Of a DNA stretch of 14,790 bases, positions 6,733-14,790 are shown piece after piece. The notes under the pieces are model-generated. The model made no database searches. It saw nothing but the letters and a program-made list of their open reading frames with translations, and had not been told where the DNA came from. Position 1 is the first letter of the stretch. Each line of letters begins with the position of its first letter. Source of the DNA: Campylobacterota bacterium (GTDB lineage: Bacteria > Campylobacterota > Campylobacteria > Campylobacterales > Sulfurimonadaceae); contig JAYEKO010000050.1 in assembly GCA_034661055.1 (NCBI GenBank), positions 1-14,790 of the forward strand. Reading direction: 5' to 3'. The translations under genes were made by a program, and so were the position numbers.

Positions 6733-9201
6733 GCTTGGAAGTTCTGTGCCTTCATCATTATTGTCGTCTTTTTCTGTTTTTGGACAACGTGAGATACTTG
6801 CGACATCATCACCTTTAACAATATATACTCCACTGGTATTACGTGATGATTTTGAGATAGTCTGCATGTCTACACGAATCATTTTGCCAGTTTTAGTCAG
6901 TGCCATCATATCCATGGTCTCATCAACCATAAGACAACCGACAAGAGTTTTGCCTGTTTTAGTGCTTAGTTTCATAGCAATAACACCAGAACCAGCACGA
7001 TTGGTTAGACGGTACTCCTCAGCGGTAGTACGCTTACCAATACCTTTTTCGCTAACAGTTAGAATCTCTTGTTCATCAGAGTCAATAACATTAGCATCAA
7101 TAACAAGGTCGCCCTCATGTTTAAACTTAATGCCGCGAACACCACGAGTACTTCTACCTTGTTCGCGTGTTTTTTCAATATCAAATTTAATACACTGTGC
7201 AAATTTTGTCAGTATAAAGAGATATTTAGTGTCTTTGGTGGCAATCTTAGCTGCAATTAATGCATCTTCATCATTAAGTACAATAGCACGAACACCATTA
7301 CTTCTAATATTAGAGAATTCACTTAGATTAGTACGTTTTACAATACCGTTTTGAGTAAATAGTGTCAGAGATTTTTCATCACTAAAGTCTGTTGTAGGGA
7401 TAATAGAGCAGATTTTTTCATCTTGAACTAAATTAATAAGATTAACAACTGCTTTGCCTTTAGCCGTACGTGATCCCTCAGGGATTCGGTACACTTTAAG
7501 CCAGTGTAGCTGTCCACGATCGGTAACAAATAGCAGGGTATCATGAGTATTACATGTAAAAAAGTTTTCAATAAAGTCATCTTCATATGTTGTTACTGCT
7601 GTCTTACCTTTTCCTCCACGACGCTGTTTTTCGTAACTCGTTAGAGGAACACGTTTAATGTATCCGCGATGAGTAATAGTAACAACCATTGGCTCATTTG
7701 GAATGAGGTCTTCAATGTCAATATCATCATAGTTGTCTTCAATGTCAGTACGACGCCCATCAGTGTACACTTCAGCTACTTCTAAAAGTTCTTCTTTAAT
7801 GATGCCTTTTAGAACATCTTCACTTTTTAAGATACTTTCTAAATATTCAATTAGTGTTAAAAGTTCACGAAGTTCATTCTCAATTTTTTCACGCTCTAGT
7901 CCAGTAAGGCTGCGTAAACGCATATCGACAATTGCCTGTGCTTGTATTGGTGAGAAATCAAAAGTATCGACGAGTGCTGTTTTTGCATTTTCAGTGTCGC
8001 TGCTGGCACGAATAATCTTAATAATCTCTTCAATATGGTCTAGCGCTTTTTTAAGACCTTCTAAAATATGAGCTCTGGCTTTAGCTTTTTCCAAGTCGAA
8101 AATAGTACGGCGAATAATGACTGTTTTTCGGTGATTAATAAAGTTAGTAAGAATATCTAAAAGTGGAAAGACATGAGGCTCTTGGTTTAAAATGGCAAGC
8201 ATAATAATTCCAAATGTTGTCTGCATATTAGTCGATTTGAAAAGGTTGTTTAGGACAATTTCACTCATTGCATCACGTTTAAGTTCAATTACAACACGAA
8301 TTCCTTCTCTATCGCTCTCGTCACGAATTTCAGAGATACCTTCTACCTGTTTGTCTTTAACAAGATTAGCAATATTCTCAATGAGACGTGATTTATTGAC
8401 CATGTAAGGAAGTTCATCAATGACGATGACATCTCTGTTGCCTTTTTTCTCAATATGTGTCTTGGCACGGACTTTAATGCGTCCACGTCCTGTCTCATAG
8501 GCATCTAAAATACCTTTTTTACCATAAATGGTTCCCCCAGTTGGAAAATCTGGTGCTTTAATGAACTCCATAATGTCAATAAGTGAAGCATTGGGGTTGT
8601 CTATGTAGTGAACGGTAGCGTCAATTACCTCTTTAGGGTTGTGAGGCGGAATATTGGTCGCCATACCAACAGCAATACCTGACGAACCGTTAATAAGTAA
8701 ATTTGGTACACGTGTTGGAAGTACGGCAGGTTCTTGAGTAGTACCATCATAGTTGTCAATCATGTTGACGGTATTTTTTTCTAAGTCTTTAAGTAGTTCA
8801 CCGGCATATTTTGTCATACGTGCTTCAGTATAACGCATTGCTGCCGCATTGTCGCCATCTACAGACCCAAAGTTTCCTTGCCCGTCAACCAGCATAGAGC
8901 GCATAGAAAATGGCTGTGCCATACGTACTAGAGCATCATATACAGCAGTGTCACCGTGAGGGTGATACTGCCCAATTACATCACCAACGATACGTGCTGA
9001 CTTTTTATACTTAGCACCTGCAGAGAGGTTGAGTTTGTCCATGGCATAAAGAATTCGCCTGTGAACTGGTTTTAAGCCATCTCGAACATCAGGAAGTGCC
9101 CGTCCGATGATAACACTCATGGAGTAGTCTAAATAGCTCTCCTTAAGTGTGTCCTCAATGTTTATGTTGTCGATTTCGCTGTTATCTAGCAGATCATTCA
9201 T
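6724..9201 (-). CDS. gyrA: DNA gyrase subunit A
   Basis: [37 protein letters not shown] (catalytic Tyr), GyrA-box QRRGGKG, beta-pinwheel repeats and an acidic tail. Confidence 0.99.
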   Translation of the reverse strand: MNDLLDNSEIDNINIEDTLKESYLDYSMSVIIGRALPDVRDGLKPVHRRILYAMDKLNLSAGAKYKKSARIVGDVIGQYHPHGDTAVYDALVRMAQPFSMRSMLVDGQGNFGSVDGDNAAAMRYTEARMTKYAGELLKDLEKNTVNMIDNYDGTTQEPAVLPTRVPNLLINGSSGIAVGMATNIPPHNPKEVIDATVHYIDNPNASLIDIMEFIKAPDFPTGGTIYGKKGILDAYETGRGRIKVRAKTHIEKKGNRDVIVIDELPYMVNKSRLIENIANLVKDKQVEGISEIRDESDREGIRVVIELKRDAMSEIVLNNLFKSTNMQTTFGIIMLAILNQEPHVFPLLDILTNFINHRKTVIIRRTIFDLEKAKARAHILEGLKKALDHIEEIIKIIRASSDTENAKTALVDTFDFSPIQAQAIVDMRLRSLTGLEREKIENELRELLTLIEYLESILKSEDVLKGIIKEELLEVAEVYTDGRRTDIEDNYDDIDIEDLIPNEPMVVTITHRGYIKRVPLTSYEKQRRGGKGKTAVTTYEDDFIENFFTCNTHDTLLFVTDRGQLHWLKVYRIPEGSRTAKGKAVVNLINLVQDEKICSIIPTTDFSDEKSLTLFTQNGIVKRTNLSEFSNIRSNGVRAIVLNDEDALIAAKIATKDTKYLFILTKFAQCIKFDIEKTREQGRSTRGVRGIKFKHEGDLVIDANVIDSDEQEILTVSEKGIGKRTTAEEYRLTNRAGSGVIAMKLSTKTGKTLVGCLMVDETMDMMALTKTGKMIRVDMQTISKSSRNTSGVYIVKGDDVASISRCPKTEKDDNNDEGTELPSLV

Positions 9202-9344
9202 AAAACGTACCCCAAATTAAAATTGAGATGATTTTATCTTTTTTTGACTTAAGATTAGGTTTATCTGACATTTTGAAATACATGTAAATATTATTTATAC
9301 TTTCTTAATAATATATTTTATATAATGTATTTAAAGGTCTATTT
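9202..9344. promoter_or_regulatory. AT-rich divergent promoter region (gyrA / FIST operon)
   Basis: Minus-strand TAAAAT at 9236-9231 ahead of gyrA. Plus-strand TATAAT at 9321-9326 and AAAGG RBS ahead of ATG 9345. High AT content makes chance matches likely. Confidence 0.45.
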
Positions 9345-10400
9345 ATGATAAAGAATTACTTAGTAAACTCTCTTGATGAATTTATTAAGAGATTTAAAGA
9401 TTCAGATCAGAACTTGCTTTTACTGGTTGCAGAGGGTTGTGCTTTTGAGCACTCTAAACTTTTACAGGTTAAGCCAGATGTTTGTGGCGCTATCTTTCCT
9501 CAGATAATTTATGAAGATAACAACTATGATGATGCCATAGTTGTTATAGATGTAGGAAAAGAAGCTGAAGTAACACTGTCATCATTTGAAGATTTTGATA
9601 AAAGTAAAATAGATAAAGATGCTGATGACGTTGTTGTATTTTTAGATGGTCTCTCAAGGCATATCACAGAATTTTTAGAAAACCTATACGAATCCACCTC
9701 TATAGGTACCAATATAATTGGTGCAGGTGCAGGAAAGCTCACCCTGAAGCAAGAGAAAGTTCTTTTTACAAAAGAAACTATGATACAAGACGGTGTCCTT
9801 CTGCTTACAAACTCATGGTTTGTTGAGACATCGGCTAAACATGGGTGGGAGGAGATAGCTGGCCCATTTGTAGCTAACGACACCAAAGAGACAAGGGTTT
9901 ATTCACTTGATTATCAAGATGCATATGAAGTTTATAAAGAGATAGTTGAAAAAGATTCCAATTTATTGTTTAATGAAAACAATTTTTTTGATATAGCAAA
10001 ATCATATCCCTTGGGTATCGCTAAAGCTAATAGTGAAATTTTAGTTAGAGATCCTATTGCAAGAGATAACGACTCACTTCTGCTTGTTGGAGATATGGAT
10101 AAGAACTCAGTTGTATATATCTTAAAAGGGGACAAAAATAAGCTTATTGAATCAGCAAAAGCTGCCACAAAAGAGGCGATTTCAAAAAAGGACAATCTAA
10201 AAGGCATTTTTGTAATAGACTGTATCTCCCGTGTACTTTTTTTAGAAGATGATTTTAAAAAAGAGCTTCAAATAATTAGACAAAATGTAAATAAAAAAGA
10301 TTTCATTATGTGTGGGGTACTTAGTCTTGGAGAGATTGCAAATACAAATCAAGATTACATAGACTTTTATAATAAGACCTGTGTTATTGGAGCTTTTTAA
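9345..10400 (+). CDS. FIST_N/FIST_C domain sensor protein (NosP-like)
   Basis: CGAIFPQII, FLDG, IIGAGAG, HGW..I, YPLG, LVRDP, DCISR, GVLSLGEI and YNKT are characteristic FIST motifs. Confidence 0.88.
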   Translation: MIKNYLVNSLDEFIKRFKDSDQNLLLLVAEGCAFEHSKLLQVKPDVCGAIFPQIIYEDNNYDDAIVVIDVGKEAEVTLSSFEDFDKSKIDKDADDVVVFLDGLSRHITEFLENLYESTSIGTNIIGAGAGKLTLKQEKVLFTKETMIQDGVLLLTNSWFVETSAKHGWEEIAGPFVANDTKETRVYSLDYQDAYEVYKEIVEKDSNLLFNENNFFDIAKSYPLGIAKANSEILVRDPIARDNDSLLLVGDMDKNSVVYILKGDKNKLIESAKAATKEAISKKDNLKGIFVIDCISRVLFLEDDFKKELQIIRQNVNKKDFIMCGVLSLGEIANTNQDYIDFYNKTCVIGAF

Positions 10401-12874
10401 TGGAACATTTGCAAACCCTAACTATAGCTTATGAGTGTGAATCTTCTTTGGGAAATTCATTAAGCCTTAAAACGATGACAAAAGAGTTTTTGAGAGTATT
10501 TCTTAAAAAAACATCAGCTCTTTATGCTGTTATTAACGAGTTCCATGGTGAAATACATTCTCATCTGAATAGTGTCGGAAAAGATGAGTTTTATGAACTT
10601 ATAGTTAGTGCAAAAGCAGATGAAATTGATAAATTTTCCATTGTTAATATCACTAAAGATAAAATAACATATCAGGTTCTTTACGTGCTGCTAGATGGTT
10701 ATTATCTCGCTTTTGTATATTCACAAAAAAATCAGATAAATATTAAGATAATAGCTAATATCTTCTACTCTCTTAGAAAAAAAATAGAACTTGGTATAAA
10801 ATCGTGTATAGAACATGAACGACTGGCCTTAGCACTACTTGGAAGCAATGACGGTATTTGGGATTGGAATCTAGTAGATAACTCCATATGCTTTACACCA
10901 AGATGGAAAGAGATGATAGGATATAGAGATGATGAAATTCCAAATGAGTTTGCAACTTGGAAAGATCGCGTCCATCCTGATGATTTACAAAATACAATAC
11001 AGAGCATTGAAGATAATATTAGCGGAAAAACAGAACATTATGAAAATATCTATAGACTAAAGCACAAAGATGGGCATTGGATTTGGAATTTAGATCAAGG
11101 TATAACTATTTATGATGAAGATGGCACTGCCATTCGTATGATTGGAACACATACTGACATTACAGATGAAAAAGAGATGCAACTAAAGTCGATACATCAG
11201 GCACAAATTATTGAGCAAATTCATGATTCAGTTATATCAACTAATCTTGATGGAAATATTATTAGTTTTAATGCCGGTTCTGAACTTCTGCTGGGGTACA
11301 GATCTGATGAAATTATAGGCCAACACATAACAGTTCTCTATTTAAAAGAAGATTTTGATTTTTTGAAAAAAAACATAGAGATGCTTATGAAAAACGGAGA
11401 ACACCAAGCCAATATTCGCTTAGTGAAAAAATCTAAACAGGTTATAGATGCCCATCTTTCTCTCTCGCTTTTAAAAGATCAAAATGGTAATCCAATTGGT
11501 ATGGTTGGTTATTCTCAAGATATAACCTTACGTTTAAAAGCTGAAAAAAAACTTCGTGAGCAAAAAGATATATTGCATCATCAAGCGTATCATGATTCAC
11601 TTACAGGACTGCCAAACCGTAGTCTTTTTCAAGACAGACTTGAACAGTCCATTGAAAAAGCGAAACGAAATAGAGGAAAAATTGCACTATTTTTTATAGA
11701 CCTTGATCATTTTAAAGAGATTAATGACTCTTTAGGTCATGAAGTTGGCGATACCGTATTAAAAATGGTAACACAACGTCTTGAAAGTGCTATTCGTAAA
11801 GAAGATACATTAGCAAGATTAGGTGGTGATGAGTTTACTGTTATGATAGAGCACTTTGAACATGCCCAAAGTGCAACACTCTTAGCAGAAAAAATTCTTG
11901 CTAGTTTAAAAGAAGCAATTACTATAGACTCTCATACTCTTTATGTCTCTAGCAGTATTGGTATTAGTCTCTATCCACAAGATGGAAAAGATTATGAAAG
12001 TCTTTTAAAGTATGCTGATGCCGCGATGTATAAAGCGAAAAATGAGGGAAGGAATAATTTTCAGTTTTACTCAGCAGAGATGACTGAACTTGCTTTTGAA
12101 AGAGTAGTGATGCAAGCGAGTCTTAATCAAGCTATAAAAGATGAAGAGTTTGTTGTTTTTTATCAACCTCAGATAGATGCAAAACTTGAAACCTTTGTTG
12201 GAGTGGAAGCACTTATAAGGTGGCAGCATCCAACGATGGGTTTAGTGTCACCTGTAAAGTTCATTCCCTTAGCAGAAGAGACAGGTTTAATTGTAGAGAT
12301 GGATCAATGGGTGATGAGAACGGTTATGAGCCAGATGGATGAGTGGTATAGCAAGGGTTTAAGACCAGGTAAATTAGCACTAAATCTTTCTATGAAACAG
12401 TTGCGTCAAGAAAATTTTATCTCTATACTAGAAGAGAGTATGAAAAATACAGGTTTTAAAGCTAAAGATTTAGAACTTGAAGTTACTGAGGGTCAAATAA
12501 TGACAAATCCAGAAGAAGCTATAAAGATATTAAAAAAAATAAGCGATATTGGCATTGAATTAGCTGTTGATGATTTTGGAACGGGTTACTCATCTCTCTC
12601 ATATTTAAAAAAACTCCCCATTAACAAATTAAAAATAGACCAATCATTTATTAGAGATTTGCCTGATGATGAAGATGATGTTGGGATTACCAAAGCAGTG
12701 ATTTCACTTTCTCAAAGCCTAAAACTAAATGTTATCGCGGAGGGCGTTGAGACTAATGAACAGAAGAACTTTTTACTTAAAAATGGATGTGAAACTATAC
12801 AAGGTTATCTATATGGCAGACCGATGCCAGCAGATGAACTTACCCAGCTACTTCAAGAAAAAGCTGTTTTATGA
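10400..12874 (+). CDS. Diguanylate cyclase/phosphodiesterase: N-terminal unknown domain + PAS + PAS + GGDEF + EAL
   Basis: PAS (DGIWDWN...VHPDD...GTHTDIT), PAS (YSQDIT), HDSLTGLPNR, DLDHFKEINDSLGH, RKED I-site, RLGGDEF, VEALIRW, DDFGTGYSSL, AEGVE. TAATG coupling to the FIST gene. Confidence 0.95.
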   Translation: MEHLQTLTIAYECESSLGNSLSLKTMTKEFLRVFLKKTSALYAVINEFHGEIHSHLNSVGKDEFYELIVSAKADEIDKFSIVNITKDKITYQVLYVLLDGYYLAFVYSQKNQINIKIIANIFYSLRKKIELGIKSCIEHERLALALLGSNDGIWDWNLVDNSICFTPRWKEMIGYRDDEIPNEFATWKDRVHPDDLQNTIQSIEDNISGKTEHYENIYRLKHKDGHWIWNLDQGITIYDEDGTAIRMIGTHTDITDEKEMQLKSIHQAQIIEQIHDSVISTNLDGNIISFNAGSELLLGYRSDEIIGQHITVLYLKEDFDFLKKNIEMLMKNGEHQANIRLVKKSKQVIDAHLSLSLLKDQNGNPIGMVGYSQDITLRLKAEKKLREQKDILHHQAYHDSLTGLPNRSLFQDRLEQSIEKAKRNRGKIALFFIDLDHFKEINDSLGHEVGDTVLKMVTQRLESAIRKEDTLARLGGDEFTVMIEHFEHAQSATLLAEKILASLKEAITIDSHTLYVSSSIGISLYPQDGKDYESLLKYADAAMYKAKNEGRNNFQFYSAEMTELAFERVVMQASLNQAIKDEEFVVFYQPQIDAKLETFVGVEALIRWQHPTMGLVSPVKFIPLAEETGLIVEMDQWVMRTVMSQMDEWYSKGLRPGKLALNLSMKQLRQENFISILEESMKNTGFKAKDLELEVTEGQIMTNPEEAIKILKKISDIGIELAVDDFGTGYSSLSYLKKLPINKLKIDQSFIRDLPDDEDDVGITKAVISLSQSLKLNVIAEGVETNEQKNFLLKNGCETIQGYLYGRPMPADELTQLLQEKAVL

Positions 12875-13521
12875 ATCAGCTATGCCCATTGTGCGGCAGC
12901 CATGAGAAGCAACTTTTCTCTGAGGATGACGACTGTAAATATTACCAATGTTTTACATGTAAATTGGTTTTTGTCCCCTCAAAGTACTATCTTAATGAAG
13001 ATGAAGAGAAGCAGCGTTACGATCTTCATACCAACTCTCCTGCTGACCTAAACTATAGAAAATTTTTAAACCGTATGTTTGAACCGATTCAGGAGCGCTT
13101 TAGTCATAAAAGTTCTGGATTAGACTTTGGCTCAGGCCCCGGACCGACACTCTCGCTCATGTTTGAAGAAGCTGGACATAAAATGAGCATCTATGATTAC
13201 TTCTATGCTAACGATATAGATGTTTTCACTAAAGAGTATGATTTCATTACTGCTACAGAAGTGGTTGAGCATCTTCATCAGCCCTATGATGAACTATACC
13301 GTTTGTGGAGTTGTCTTAAGAGAGATGGCTATTTAGGCATTATGACTAGCCGTTATGATGAGGTTACTGATTTTTCTAAATGGCATTACAAACTTGACCC
13401 GACTCATATCTGTTTCTTTTCAATAGATAGTTTTAAATGGCTCTGTAAAAAGTGGCAGTGTGATCTACATGTAATTGATAAAGATACTGTAATTCTACAT
13501 AAAAAGCAGATAACTGATTAA
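12871..13521 (+). CDS. Class I SAM-dependent methyltransferase with N-terminal Zn ribbon
   Basis: CPLC...CFTC, LDFGSGPGP, TEVVEH, WHYKLDPTHICFF. ATGA overlap with the upstream gene. Confidence 0.9.
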   Translation: MNQLCPLCGSHEKQLFSEDDDCKYYQCFTCKLVFVPSKYYLNEDEEKQRYDLHTNSPADLNYRKFLNRMFEPIQERFSHKSSGLDFGSGPGPTLSLMFEEAGHKMSIYDYFYANDIDVFTKEYDFITATEVVEHLHQPYDELYRLWSCLKRDGYLGIMTSRYDEVTDFSKWHYKLDPTHICFFSIDSFKWLCKKWQCDLHVIDKDTVILHKKQITD

Positions 13522-13600
13522 AAATTATACAGCTATTCGCACCTCTTACTGATGAAATTTTCTTATACTTCTCTCATATTAAATCTCACAAGGATGAAAA

Positions 13601-14790
13601 ATGAAGAAATGGTTTTTATTGGCTTTAATGCTACTGCCTGCTTTAGCATTAGCTGAAGATACCCCGACACTAGATACTGGAGATACAGCATGGATGATGA
13701 TGTCTGCTGCTTTAGTACTACTAATGACACCAGCTGGACTGGCACTGTTTTATGCAGGAATGACGCGTACAAAAAATGTACTTAATACCTATGCAATGGT
13801 TCTTGGAGCATTTGTGGTTGCATTTATTGCATGGATTGCAGCTGGATATTCAATGGCATTTGGTGATGGTGGATCATTACAGAGTTTTATTGGTGGACTT
13901 GACCATGCATTTTTAAACGGAATTAAATGGGATGACTTAAGTGGAACGTATCCTACTTATGTATTTGTAGTGTTTCAAGGAACATTTGCAGCCATTACTG
14001 TAGCAATTGCTAGTGGTTCTGTTATTGAGAGAATTAAATTTTCAACTTGGTTAGTCTTTGTCGCTATCTGGACAATTGTAGTATATGCTCCAATTACTCA
14101 TATGGTATGGGGTGGAGACGGTGCACTACTATTTGATGCAGGTGCTCTTGACTTTGCCGGTGGTACAGTTGTACATATGAATGGTGGTCTTGCTGGTCTA
14201 GTTCTAGCATACTTAGTTGGTAAAAGAGCTGGTTATCCAAAAATTGCAATGAAACCGATGAGTGTTATGTTAACAGCTCTTGGTGCTGCTCTATTATGGT
14301 TTGGTTGGTATGGATTTAATGGTGGGTCTGCATTTGGTGCAAATGCGATTGCCGGTTTAGCATATTTAACAACGACGCTAGCAACAGCGGTAGGTGTTAT
14401 TACTTGGGTACTTATTGAGTGGCTTGTATATAAAAAGCCAACACTTCTTGGTGCGGCATCAGGTGTTGTTGCTGGTTTAGTTGCTATTACTCCAGCAGCA
14501 GGTTTTGTTGATGTAAGTGGTGCAATAATAATGGGTGCTGTTGGTTCATTGATTGCATTCTATGGTGTTGCATTCCTTAAGAAGAAACTTGGTTATGATG
14601 ACTCTTTAGATGCATTTGGAATTCACTTTTTAGCAGGTCTTTGGGGTGCATTAGCAACGGCAGTGTTCGCTCTTAAAGATAATGACCTACTATGGGATGG
14701 TCCTCTTAAAGAGAGTGGTGATAGAATGGGACAATTCTTGGTTCAAGTTGAATCAGTAGTTGTTGTTGGTATCTTTACTTTGATTGGTAC
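13601..14790 (+). CDS. amtB: Ammonium transporter (Amt), partial at the 3' window end
   Basis: Not in the ORF track. AAGGA RBS, then MKKWFLLALMLLPALALAEDTPTLDTGDTAWMMMSAALVLLMTPAGLALFYAGMTRTKNVLN...FQGTFA...DFAGGTVVHMNGG...LLWFGWYGFNGGS...AGLVAITPAAG...DDSLDAFGIH. Both pore histidines are present. Confidence 0.97.
   Translation, partial: MKKWFLLALMLLPALALAEDTPTLDTGDTAWMMMSAALVLLMTPAGLALFYAGMTRTKNVLNTYAMVLGAFVVAFIAWIAAGYSMAFGDGGSLQSFIGGLDHAFLNGIKWDDLSGTYPTYVFVVFQGTFAAITVAIASGSVIERIKFSTWLVFVAIWTIVVYAPITHMVWGGDGALLFDAGALDFAGGTVVHMNGGLAGLVLAYLVGKRAGYPKIAMKPMSVMLTALGAALLWFGWYGFNGGSAFGANAIAGLAYLTTTLATAVGVITWVLIEWLVYKKPTLLGAASGVVAGLVAITPAAGFVDVSGAIIMGAVGSLIAFYGVAFLKKKLGYDDSLDAFGIHFLAGLWGALATAVFALKDNDLLWDGPLKESGDRMGQFLVQVESVVVVGIFTLIG

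Noticed and set aside
6468..8407. ORFs overlapping flgP/gyrA, including the 202-aa antisense ORF 6746-7354
   Set aside because: Ser/Ile-rich antisense or off-frame shadows expected from the codon bias of the sense genes.
8947..8949. GyrA quinolone-resistance position (Thr85 in HGDTAVYD) and a possible intein
   Set aside because: Thr matches the wild-type residue in Campylobacter, and the 825-aa length and continuous motifs leave no room for an intein.
9524..13772. Minus-strand ORFs 9524-9886, 9932-10207, 10765-11007 and 13563-13772
   Set aside because: They are antisense to the FIST, DGC/PDE and amtB genes and have no independent support.

Overview
AT-rich window from a Campylobacterota (Sulfurimonas-like) chromosome. 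1-718 is the degraded edge of a probable tRNA-integrated island that the ORF track misses. It holds a truncated IS21 istA fragment fused tail-to-tail with a GNAT acetyltransferase (TacT/AtaT-like) pseudogene, a tiny coupled upstream ORF and integrase arm-like repeats. Next come two identical tRNA-Asn(GTT) genes with a perfect sigma70 promoter, then a long minus-strand core run: gyrA-flgP-flgQ-flgR-asd-yqhA-hemE-radical SAM. A sigma54-type -24/-12 element lies on the gyrA stop codon just ahead of flgP. Divergent from gyrA is a coupled FIST (NosP-like) sensor, PAS-PAS-GGDEF-EAL protein and Zn-ribbon methyltransferase unit, followed by an Amt ammonium transporter that runs off the window end. All calls come from reading motifs by eye; no searches were run.
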